Assembly: GCA_964500975.1 (NCBI GenBank)
Contig: CAZCQW010000004.1
Span: 9,816 to 73,815, forward strand
Reading direction: 5' to 3'
Length of the DNA: 64,000 nucleotides
From: an uncultured Gammaproteobacteria bacterium
GTDB lineage: Bacteria; Patescibacteriota; Patescibacteriia; Patescibacteriales; UBA12465
Within the stretch, counting starts at the first letter, position 1. Each line of letters opens with the position of its first letter. The notes under the pieces were generated by a model. It was not told the origin of the DNA and ran no database searches. It worked only from the letters and a program-made list of their open reading frames with translations. This document shows, piece after piece, positions 27,638 to 36,661 of this stretch. A program made the position numbers and the translations under genes.

Positions 27638-28028
27638 TTTTAAGTATTTAAGTCCAAGCTAGTTTAGACTAAAGTCGGACTTTATTTCTTTTATTTTTAG
27701 GTATTTGTTTTTTAAGTCCATAACAAACTAGACTTAAGTCTTATTATTTTAATCTTTCTAAAATAAATGTCAAGCCTAAAAGGAGCTTGATGTTTATGAA
27801 TGTTTGAGCTCTTGCCCGTAGTCCCTTAGATTTTATTAAGTTATTCTGCGTACTAAATTTAGATATATTTCTAGAGAAATTTAGAATGAATTTTAGTCAA
27901 ATTTTATCTCTTTACAGTATTCTTTTTATGTCCTATTTTGGCTTATCAACAGTTGATTTATACTTAATCATATGATAAGCTAAAACAACCTAATCTCAGA
28001 AAATCTAAGCATGACATTATAAAAATAA

Positions 28029-28631
28029 ATGCCTAATACTTTGGTCGAAAAATTTAAGAATAAACAATCCATAAGCAGACTGAAAAGTCATGACAAAGAC
28101 GCTTTTGTAAAAGCTTATGATGAGAGTGTAAATGATATTTATCGCTTTGTTTATTTTAAGGTAGGGAACAAGGAGGAGGCTAATGATATTACCTCCATGG
28201 TTTTTTTGAAGACCTGGAATCATATTCAAAATAATAGTCTTGAGGATAGTAAAACTTTAAGAGCTTTGCTCTATAAAATAGCCCGTACAACTATTATTGA
28301 CCACTACCGCGAGACGGGAAATAAAATTAGTGTTTCACTTGATGATGAAGAAAATAAAATTGATGTGGTTGATGAGGTTCAAGACCCTCAAGATAGGATT
28401 GATCAAGCTGCTAATTTAGAACTTATTAAAAGTAAATTACCTTTACTTAAGGAAGAATATCGTGAGGTGATTATCATGAAGTTTATCAATGATTTAACAC
28501 TTGAAGAAATCTCGGATATTACCGGAAAGAAGAAGGGAAATATTAGAGTATTACTCCATCGTGCCTTAGGTGCTCTTAAGGAGCTAGTCGGCGAAGAAAA
28601 GGCTGAAAATGAGCCAAGCGCTAAACTGTAA
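28029..28631 (+). CDS. ECF-type RNA polymerase sigma-70 family factor.
   Basis: Region 2 (VNDIYRFVYFKV...TSMVFLKTW) and region 4 (LTLEEISDITGKKKGNIRVLLHRAL). Confidence 0.85.
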   Translation: MPNTLVEKFKNKQSISRLKSHDKDAFVKAYDESVNDIYRFVYFKVGNKEEANDITSMVFLKTWNHIQNNSLEDSKTLRALLYKIARTTIIDHYRETGNKISVSLDDEENKIDVVDEVQDPQDRIDQAANLELIKSKLPLLKEEYREVIIMKFINDLTLEEISDITGKKKGNIRVLLHRALGALKELVGEEKAENEPSAKL

Positions 28632-28663
28632 CACTTTTCCTATTTATACGTATACTAAGGTGT

Positions 28664-29416
28664 ATGACCGATAAAGATTTAATCTCAAAATTAAATAGCC
28701 TAAAATCAATTAAACCCGATTCTACCTGGATGACCAGTAATCGGGATCTTTTGTTGTCCCAGATTTCTAATTCCGGAGCTCGCGATTTGAGTGCTTGGCA
28801 GCTTTTTGTTATTAACTTTAATAGCCTTGCTAAGGCAGTCGCTCAACCGGTTTATGCACTTGGCGCTTTTGTTTTAATTTTGATTTCTGGAAGTTTATTT
28901 AGTCATCAAGTTTTCAGTAGCGCTAAACCTAATGACTCTTTGTATATCGCGAGGATAATTTCTGAAAAGGCAAAATTAAATACAATGTTTAATTCTGACG
29001 AACGCAATAAGATGGCGGTTCAATTTGCAACCGAACATGCTCAAGATATTTCTAATGTTTTAGCTGACCCTAAATTTAATACTGAGGAGAATAAAGATCA
29101 GGTTGCAAAATTAAACGAAAGTTTTGATCAAGAAATTAAAACTGTAAAAAGTAAAATTAGCTATCTAATACCTAAAAGGGTTGTTAGTCCTGAACCAGAT
29201 AAATCTACTACTAGCGATGAGGTTATAATGGCGGGAAGTGAAAAGGCTACTAGCGGTGTTCAGGTTTTGGAAGTTGAAGTTGTTGCTGACGAAATTAAAA
29301 TTCCTGAAATAAAATCTGAAGAAACAATTATTAATGAAGCTAAAGTTTTGTTTGATAATAAAGACTACTCGAAGGCTTCTGATAAATTAAAGGAAGTTGA
29401 CGAGTTAATAAAATAG
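28664..29416 (+). CDS. Single-pass membrane protein, a candidate anti-sigma factor for the preceding ECF sigma.
   Basis: Immediately downstream of the sigma gene with a 33-nt gap. A cytoplasmic N-terminus, one TM helix (LGAFVLILISGSLF) and an extracytoplasmic C-terminus. No recognisable catalytic motif. Confidence 0.4.
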   Translation: MTDKDLISKLNSLKSIKPDSTWMTSNRDLLLSQISNSGARDLSAWQLFVINFNSLAKAVAQPVYALGAFVLILISGSLFSHQVFSSAKPNDSLYIARIISEKAKLNTMFNSDERNKMAVQFATEHAQDISNVLADPKFNTEENKDQVAKLNESFDQEIKTVKSKISYLIPKRVVSPEPDKSTTSDEVIMAGSEKATSGVQVLEVEVVADEIKIPEIKSEETIINEAKVLFDNKDYSKASDKLKEVDELIK

Positions 29417-29436
29417 TTAGTAAATCCGCTAGAGGC

Positions 29437-29484
29437 GGACTTCGCTCGCCCGAGTCGGACTTCGTCCAACCGAGTCGGACTTAG
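29437..29484 (+). repeat. About 2.4 copies of a 20-bp direct repeat, GGACTTCGYYCRMCCGAGTC, preceded by a GC-hairpin copy at 29426..29438.
   Basis: ggacttcgctcgcccgagtc, then ggacttcgtccaaccgagtc, then the partial ggacttag. Confidence 0.6.
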
Positions 29485-29943
29485 TAAGTGCACGTTTGTT
29501 AGTTTATCTCCCCTTACGCTCACTCCTGCTTGGAAGATTATTTCATCCTTCATGGACAAGTTATGGAGATATGCTAACAAATCCGCATTTATGTGGATTG
29601 GTAAACCTGGTAAAGGCCGAGTCTCCTGATGGAGATGGTTTATCCTTAAAAAATCTTATTATTTCAATTCAAAGCGCGAACGATTTATCAATTTTAGAAT
29701 AAAATGTAAATCGGTTAAGCTTTTCTCCAGCATGCGGACAACACGCGCAGCTGGCAGAACTTATTACAAGATCAGTCAGGCGGCGCCTTAAGTCTAAAAC
29801 AGGCTGGCGGAGCGGGATTCCGACTGATTTACTAATAAAGTAAAAAAAGATATCTCTAGTAGAGTAGAGAATTGAACAATTCTTCTATCTTTACTGTTTA
29901 AACTACTATTGTTTAGACGTGAAGAAAGAAATTAAAAATTATT

Positions 29944-32900
29944 ATGAATAAATTACGCAAGTTTTTAGTTATCGGCGTAATGGTACTTACAGTTTTCTCA
30001 GTTTTTGGTTCTATTGCTCCAGCAGGCGCTTCTGCATCTGCAGGTGATTTAATCAAAATGGCTGGTAATTCTTCTGTATATTACCTAGGTTCCGATGGCA
30101 AAAGATATGTATTCCCAAATGCTACTGTTTACATGTCTTGGTACAACGACTTCAGTGGCGTTGTAACAATCCCTGACTCAGAAATGTATACTTACCAATT
30201 AGGTGGTAACGTTGTTATGAGAGCAGGTACACAATTAGTTAAAATCACAACTGATCCTTCAGTTTACGCTGTTGAACCAAATGGCGTTTTAAGAAAGATC
30301 CAAAGTGAAGCACAAGCTGCAGCTTTATACGGCACCAACTGGAACAAGAGAGTTGTTGACGTAGCTGATTCTTACTTCACTAACTACACTATCGGCACTG
30401 CTTTGGCTAATGGTGCTACTCCAGCTGGTTCTTTAGTACAAAAGACTGGTGAAGCTGCTATCTATTACTATGATGGCACTAACTACCGTTCTATTGCTTC
30501 AGAAGCTGCTTTCAACGCAAACAGATTCAAATTCGCTAATGTATTATCAACAACAGCTACTTTAGCTGCTGGCGGTACTGCAATTGCTAATGCTGAATTA
30601 GTTAACGTTGCACAAAGTGGTGCTACAACTGGTGTTGTAGTAACTGGTTCTGGCTTAATGGTTTCATTAAGTGCTAATACTGCTGTTTCTAACTCTGTTA
30701 TTAACGGCCAAGCTTTAGCTGACTTAGCTTCTTTCAACTTCACAGCCGCTAATGATGGCGCTGTAACTGTTAAGGCTTTAAAGTTAAAGAGAATTGGTAT
30801 TTCTGCTGATGACTCAGTATCTAACGTTTATCTTTATGATGGCGTAACTAGATTAACTGACGGCGCTTCTTTCTCTAACGGTATGGTTTCTTTCTCAAGT
30901 GGTACTGGTCTTATGACTATTGCTGCTGGTCAAACAAAAACTATTACTGTTAAAGCTGACATCGCTTCAGCAACTGGTAATATTGGTGTAGCTATCAATG
31001 CTGCTTCTGATATTATGTCTACTGGCGCTGCTACAACAGGCGGTTTCCCATTAAATGGAAACTTAATGTCAATGACTAGTGCTACTGGCGTTTCAGCTGT
31101 TGCTTTCACTGATACTCTATCAGGTTCAACAGTTAAAGCTGGAAACATGAATACAATCGTTTGGTCTGAATCAGCTTCTGTTACAAACAAAGCTGTTGAC
31201 TTCAAATATATTGCTTTCAAACAAGTTGGTTCAATGAACGTTGATGACTTAGCAAACCTAAGTTTATATGTTGATGGTACTAAAGTTGCTACTTCTAACT
31301 TAGACAGTAACAACAGTGTTGCTTTCAGTTTAGCTACTCCAGTTAGATTGAATACAGGTAACCACACTATTGAAATGAAAGCTGATATCATTAAAGGTTC
31401 AAGCAGAACTTTTAGCTTCCGCATGGAAACTGCAGCTAATGCTGTTTTCACTGATACTAACTACAACATTAATGTAGCTCCTACTGGTGATTTCGCAGCT
31501 ATTAATGATTTCACAATTGGCGTTGGAACTTTAAGCGTTTCTTCTGATTCTACTTTCAGTGACACTCAAGTAGTAAAAACTGCTACTAACGTTACTTTAG
31601 GTAAATTTAAGATCAAAGCTTTTGGTGAAGATGTTAAGATCAATACTTTTGGCGTTGACGTTGTAACAGTTGGTACTTCTTCTGCTACTTCAACTGAAAA
31701 AGTTAACGATTTAGCTGTTGTTGTAAACGGCAGTCAAGTTGGTTCTTCTAAGTCTTTCACTATTGCTTCAAGCTCTCCAGCTGGTTCAAACAAGTCTAAT
31801 ACTCAATCTTTTGGTACTACTAACTTGTTTACTATTCCTGCTGGTACTGAAGTTATTGTTGAAATTAAGGGTTCTTTAGCTCTTGATTCCAATACAGTAA
31901 TGCAAAGCATTAAGGCTAACATCACTGGTATTACAGCACAAGGCTCAACATCATACTCTTCTGTAACTGGTGCTGCTGCAGCTTCTAACAATACTCTATC
32001 TATCGTTTCTGGTAGCATGACTGTTGCTAAGAATACCAACACACAAAACATGAATGTTTCCAAGAATTCCCAAAAGGTAAAGATTGGTTCATACATTGTT
32101 TCTGCTGGTTCAGCTGAAGGTGTAAATATCTCTAATGTTAGAATCAATGTTACTACTTCTGGTAGCCTTGATAACATCAGTAACCTATACATCAGCGAAA
32201 ATACATCACCAGTTAACCCTCAAGCTAATAACGACTTCAATACAAATTTGACAGTTGATAAGAGCCAGAGCAAGACCATTGATGTTTACGCTGACTTAGG
32301 CGACATTGCAAACAATGTTACTATTGATACTGCTTTAATTGCTACTTACAAGACTACTGTTACTCAAAGTTTTGGCACTTCAGCTTCAACTGCGGGTCAA
32401 CAAATGACTTTAAAGACAGCAACTTTAGCAACTCCAACTAATGTTTCTGATAGCCCAACATCTAATTTCGTATTAGGTGGTACTACCGCTACTGCAGCTA
32501 AATTAAAATTTGTTGCAACTGACGGTGCTGCTACTATTAACGAATTATATTTCACAGTAAACGCAACTAATACTCCTATTAGCCAAATTACTGTTGACGG
32601 TGTTACAGCTCCTGTTGTAGGAACTTCTGTTACTATGACTGGATTAAACACTGTTATCGCTGCTGGTTTACAGGGCGTTCAAGTTGAAGTAAAAGCTGCA
32701 TACAATAATGTTACTTCCGATGGTCAAGGTGGTGTTTCCACTGGCGCTTTATCGCACCTAACATTAACAGGTATGAAATATACTATTAATGGTACTCAAA
32801 CCACTTCTGGTACATTAGCTGTTACAACAAATGACATGAAGTTAGTATCTGCTTACCCAACAGTAGTTGACGCTTCTTCATATGGTACAAATCCAAACTT

Positions 32901-33315
32901 AGTACCAAGCGGTAAATCTGAAGTAATGAGATTCACTGTTGCCAACACTGGCAGCAACCCAGTTAACTTGAAACAAGTTAGCTTGAAACCTTACTTTGAT
33001 TACACTATTCCTGCTGCTACTAGTTCAATTAAGATTTACGATGCTAATGACTTAGCAACTAACTTAGCTACATCTACTGCTGTATTTACAACAAGTGGTG
33101 TTACTGCTAACGTTGCATTTGCTAATGACATTACTGTAAATGGAACACGTACTTTCGTTGTCTATGCTGACAATACAGGTACTGCTTCTACAACTGGTAA
33201 CTACTTCCGTATGGATATGGTTAATACTGGTTATTCTTGGAACGATTCTACAATCACAGGTTCTATCGATGGAACTTATGTTAAAGAATTCCAAGGTACA
33301 ACATTTAAGAAATAA
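29944..33315 (+). CDS. Giant secreted Thr/Ala/Ser/Gly/Val/Asn-rich protein with no Cys; a candidate S-layer or major surface protein.
   Basis: Signal peptide (MNKLRKFLVIGVMVLTVFSVFGSIAPAGASA). 1123 aa of low-complexity beta-rich sequence. Codon usage is strikingly biased toward gct, act, ggt, gtt and tct, unlike neighbouring genes. The gene has its own roughly 500-nt leader and a strong terminator. Confidence 0.6.
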   Translation: MNKLRKFLVIGVMVLTVFSVFGSIAPAGASASAGDLIKMAGNSSVYYLGSDGKRYVFPNATVYMSWYNDFSGVVTIPDSEMYTYQLGGNVVMRAGTQLVKITTDPSVYAVEPNGVLRKIQSEAQAAALYGTNWNKRVVDVADSYFTNYTIGTALANGATPAGSLVQKTGEAAIYYYDGTNYRSIASEAAFNANRFKFANVLSTTATLAAGGTAIANAELVNVAQSGATTGVVVTGSGLMVSLSANTAVSNSVINGQALADLASFNFTAANDGAVTVKALKLKRIGISADDSVSNVYLYDGVTRLTDGASFSNGMVSFSSGTGLMTIAAGQTKTITVKADIASATGNIGVAINAASDIMSTGAATTGGFPLNGNLMSMTSATGVSAVAFTDTLSGSTVKAGNMNTIVWSESASVTNKAVDFKYIAFKQVGSMNVDDLANLSLYVDGTKVATSNLDSNNSVAFSLATPVRLNTGNHTIEMKADIIKGSSRTFSFRMETAANAVFTDTNYNINVAPTGDFAAINDFTIGVGTLSVSSDSTFSDTQVVKTATNVTLGKFKIKAFGEDVKINTFGVDVVTVGTSSATSTEKVNDLAVVVNGSQVGSSKSFTIASSSPAGSNKSNTQSFGTTNLFTIPAGTEVIVEIKGSLALDSNTVMQSIKANITGITAQGSTSYSSVTGAAAASNNTLSIVSGSMTVAKNTNTQNMNVSKNSQKVKIGSYIVSAGSAEGVNISNVRINVTTSGSLDNISNLYISENTSPVNPQANNDFNTNLTVDKSQSKTIDVYADLGDIANNVTIDTALIATYKTTVTQSFGTSASTAGQQMTLKTATLATPTNVSDSPTSNFVLGGTTATAAKLKFVATDGAATINELYFTVNATNTPISQITVDGVTAPVVGTSVTMTGLNTVIAAGLQGVQVEVKAAYNNVTSDGQGGVSTGALSHLTLTGMKYTINGTQTTSGTLAVTTNDMKLVSAYPTVVDASSYGTNPNLVPSGKSEVMRFTVANTGSNPVNLKQVSLKPYFDYTIPAATSSIKIYDANDLATNLATSTAVFTTSGVTANVAFANDITVNGTRTFVVYADNTGTASTTGNYFRMDMVNTGYSWNDSTITGSIDGTYVKEFQGTTFKK

Positions 33316-33340
33316 TATTTCTTAAATAAGTATTCAAAAA

Positions 33341-33365
33341 AGAGCCCCTTCGGGGGCTCTTTTTG
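33341..33365 (+). terminator. Strong Rho-independent terminator.
   Basis: agagcccc-ttcg-ggggctct hairpin followed by a T5 run. Confidence 0.85.
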
Positions 33366-33457
33366 TTTGGCAAAAACTCTGCTTTATCTTTTCTTCATAA
33401 TCACTTTGCCAGACTTCTTGTTAGCAGATAATAGCGGTGATATAATTATATAAATAT

Positions 33458-34225
33458 ATGAATAACAACATTTTTGAAGAAATAAAAAAGATCAATGATT
33501 ACGGCAGTGAATACTGGTCAGCCCGTGATTTATACAAGGTTTTAGACTAAAAAGCTAAAGAGGCTTGTAAGAATAGTCAGCAAGATATCCACAACCATTT
33601 TGTTGAAGTCAACGATATGGTTGTAATAGGTTCTGGGGCAGAAAGACTCGTTGATACAGTGCATCTATCTAGATATGCTTGCTATTTGATTATTCAGAAT
33701 TCTGATCCAAGTAAAGAAGTCATTGCTATGGGGCAGACTTACTTTGCAATACAAACCAGAAGACAAGAAGAGGCCGATAGTTTGATAGAAGATCAAAAAC
33801 GTTCTACTTTAAGAGGTGAAATTAAAAAACATAATTCATCTTTAGCTGAAGCGGCTGAGGATGTTGGTGTCAAAAATTATGGAAAATTTCAAAATTATGG
33901 TTACCAGGGTTTGTATGGCGGGCTAGATGCTTCCGGAATACATAAAATAAAAAATTTAAAAAAATCTCAAAAAATACTTGACCACATGGGAAGTGAGGAG
34001 CTAGCGGCTAATTTATTTAGAGCTACTCAAACAGATGCTAAATTAAGAAGAGAAAACATTCAAGGTGAAATGATTGCAAACTTAACTCACTTCAGTGTTG
34101 GTCAAAAAGTCAGAAAAACGATTGAAGAGCTTGGCGGAACAATGCCTGAAAATTTACCAGTGGTTGATAGTATCGGAAAAGTTAAGACAAGGATTAAAAG
34201 GAGTAAAAATAAATTATTGAAGTAG
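33458..34225 (+). pseudogene. dinD: DNA-damage-inducible protein D homolog, interrupted by an in-frame TAA at 33548..33550 and carrying a deletion of about 12 codons.
   Basis: 33458..33547 encodes MNNNIFEEIKKINDYGSEYWSARDLYKVLD. After the TAA, the same frame continues KAKEACKNS...LSRYACYLIIQNSDPSKEVIAMGQTYFAIQTRRQE...QNYGYQGLYGG...KILDHMGSEELAANLFRATQT..., co-linear with DinD. Confidence 0.7.
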
Positions 34226-34290
34226 ATAGTAATCTTTTTTTCATGATGCAAATATGCTATAATATTTTTATATCAATTTAAAATAATAAT

Positions 34291-36447
34291 ATGAAAAAAA
34301 TTGTAGCTTTTTTATTGGTCTGTGGAGTATTTTTTTCTTTACAGATTAACCTGGCTAACGCAGCCACGCCAAGTCTTTCTTTATCAAATACCGGAGAAGG
34401 GGATAATGTTCAACTCACTGTTTCAGGGGATGCTAACTCAAGCGTTATTCTTAGTTTTCAGAAAACAGACGGAACCTCACGTCTTCAATATCTAAGTAAT
34501 ACTAATGCGAGTGGTTATTATTCTGGTACAATTAGTACTTCTGAATATGGGATAACTCCTGGTTCATCTGTTCTTGTTAAAGTTAATAATATTCAATCAT
34601 CTACAGTTGCTTGGCCTTATACCGTTACGTCAGGTAGTGGTGCAATTACGCTTAGTAATACCGGCCTAATAATGACGGTTGGCTCAAGCAATACAATCAC
34701 TGTTAATAATACTGGCTCAAATAAATTATACCTTTTAAATAATTCCAATCCTCAGGTTGCTAATGTAAATCTAAGTAATTCTCAGGCAACTATTTATGCC
34801 AATACTTTTGGTCAAACAGTTGCAACTATTTGTGTTTTAGGAACAACTTCTAATTGTGCTTCCGCTTATATAACAGTTCAAAATTCTGGAGCTAAGGCAT
34901 TAACTCTTAGTCAAAGTAATTTAACTATTGCTTATAACCAAAGTTCCCAGATTACTATTTTAAACAGTACTGGCTTATATTCCGTCTTAAACAATTCAAA
35001 TCCAAATGTAATTACTGCCAGTATAAAAGATCAAACAATAACTTTAGTAGCGAGCAGTAACGGCGGGTCTGCTTCTATTACAGTTTGTTCAACTGATATG
35101 AGTACTTGCGGAATTATCAATGCCAGCGTTGGCTCAGTTAGCTCAACGGCCATAACTTTCAATCAAACCGCTCCAACTTTAGGCGTTGGTCAAACTTTAA
35201 ATATCGCAATCGCGGGTGGAAGTAATTATAATATTTCTTCAAATTCAAATTCAAATATTGTTAATGCTTATATTGCAAATAATGCTCTAACTTTAGTTGG
35301 TAGCAGTGTTGGTTCTTCTGTGGTAACGGTTTGTGCGTCTAATGGAAACTGTAATTCATTGACGGCGGTTGTCAGTTATACTTCCACTGGCGGACCAATT
35401 ACTCTTAGTCAATCAAATCTTTGGCTTCAGGTTGGTCAAGCGGTTAGTGTAGTAATTTCTGGTGGTAGTGCTCCTTATAGTTTTATTAACGACGCTAATT
35501 CAGCTTCATATTTTTCAACATCATTAAACACAAATATTTTAACTTTAACGGGCGCTAAAGCGGGTTCCGCATCTTTAAGTGTTTGCTCAGCGGGCGGCGC
35601 TTGCACTCAACTATCCGTGCTTGTAAATGGCGTTAGCGCTAATACTCAGTTAACTTTTGGTAGTAATAATTTAAGTTTGAAAATTGGGGCGACTTCCGAC
35701 GTTTCTTTGTACGGAACTGGTAGCTATTATATTTCCAGTACTAATAATCAAAATGTGGCTACTTTTGCGGTTAATGGCTCTAAAGTTACCGTAAACGCAA
35801 TTAGCGCTGGTAATGCCAATGTTTCTATTTGTCAAAGTGGTGGTCAGTGTGGAATTATTTATGTAGCCGTTACTTCAAGTGATGTTAACAATCCAATTTT
35901 TTTTAGCAGCACTAATCCGTCAATTTTAGTCGGTCAAACTTTATCAATCGCGATTAATGGCGGAACGGGAAGTGCTTATTATATTTCTTCAAATTCAAAC
36001 CCTTCAATCGCTCAAGTTAATTTAAGCGATAGAAATTTGGTTTTACTTGGAAAAGTTTCCGGCTCTTCAGTGGTCACTGTTTGCTCAGCTACTAATAGTT
36101 GTTCTTCTTTGGCGGTGACTGTGAATGCGCCCGTAGTTTCAACTCCAGCAACCGGATTAACCGTAACTCCAACTACGCCAGTGGTAATAACGCCGACAAC
36201 TAATATAATTACCCCGACCACAGCCAAGCCTAAATATAAATTTACTAAGTATCTTTCCATGGGCGCACTTGGGGCGGAAGTAAGCGCTCTACAAACACGT
36301 CTCCTTTATGAAAAGGTATATACTGGTCCAGTAACTGGTAAATTCGGTGCTCAGACTTACGCCGCAGTTAAGGCTTATCAGAAAAAGAATAAAATCACTC
36401 AATTAGGAGTAGTTGGCCCAGCGACTAGAGCTTTGTTAAATAAATAG
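34291..36447 (+). CDS. Secreted repeat protein of 718 aa with a C-terminal peptidoglycan-binding domain (PG_binding_1-like).
   Basis: A signal peptide, then about eight roughly 80-aa Ser/Thr/Asn-rich repeats, each with a Cys pair. The C-terminus reads LQTRLLYEKVYTGPVTGKFGAQTYAAVKAYQKKNKITQLGVVGPATRALL. Confidence 0.6.
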   Translation: MKKIVAFLLVCGVFFSLQINLANAATPSLSLSNTGEGDNVQLTVSGDANSSVILSFQKTDGTSRLQYLSNTNASGYYSGTISTSEYGITPGSSVLVKVNNIQSSTVAWPYTVTSGSGAITLSNTGLIMTVGSSNTITVNNTGSNKLYLLNNSNPQVANVNLSNSQATIYANTFGQTVATICVLGTTSNCASAYITVQNSGAKALTLSQSNLTIAYNQSSQITILNSTGLYSVLNNSNPNVITASIKDQTITLVASSNGGSASITVCSTDMSTCGIINASVGSVSSTAITFNQTAPTLGVGQTLNIAIAGGSNYNISSNSNSNIVNAYIANNALTLVGSSVGSSVVTVCASNGNCNSLTAVVSYTSTGGPITLSQSNLWLQVGQAVSVVISGGSAPYSFINDANSASYFSTSLNTNILTLTGAKAGSASLSVCSAGGACTQLSVLVNGVSANTQLTFGSNNLSLKIGATSDVSLYGTGSYYISSTNNQNVATFAVNGSKVTVNAISAGNANVSICQSGGQCGIIYVAVTSSDVNNPIFFSSTNPSILVGQTLSIAINGGTGSAYYISSNSNPSIAQVNLSDRNLVLLGKVSGSSVVTVCSATNSCSSLAVTVNAPVVSTPATGLTVTPTTPVVITPTTNIITPTTAKPKYKFTKYLSMGALGAEVSALQTRLLYEKVYTGPVTGKFGAQTYAAVKAYQKKNKITQLGVVGPATRALLNK

Positions 36448-36471
36448 CTACTTTATACTAAATTTAGAGAA

Positions 36472-36497
36472 AGAGCTTGTAAAATAGCTCTTTTTTA
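36472..36497 (+). terminator. Rho-independent terminator.
   Basis: agagct-tgtaaaat-agctct hairpin followed by a T6 run. Confidence 0.7.
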
Positions 36498-36661
36498 TTT
36501 AATTTTAGTAAATTGAATCGTAACTAAATTGGTGTTATACTATTTTTTATCCTCCTTAAATCACTTTTTAACACGATCTCAAGTAAGGAACCGGAGGCAA
36601 TTATTAATTAATTGCCGAAGCTATTTAATACTAAGGGGTTTAAATAGCGGGCCACAAAAGT

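Noticed and set aside
29496-29702. A 68-aa + ORF and a 71-aa - ORF (29365..29580) in the long leader upstream of the surface-protein gene.
   Set aside because: No homology is recognisable, the composition is atypical, and they overlap a repeat and putatively structured region. The region is more likely non-coding RNA or leader sequence.
26383-34225. An intact prophage or integrative element.
   Set aside because: No integrase, recombinase, capsid, terminase or att repeats are visible. Only a toxin-antitoxin pair, an excisionase-like HTH gene and a broken dinD are present. The region is called a remnant only.
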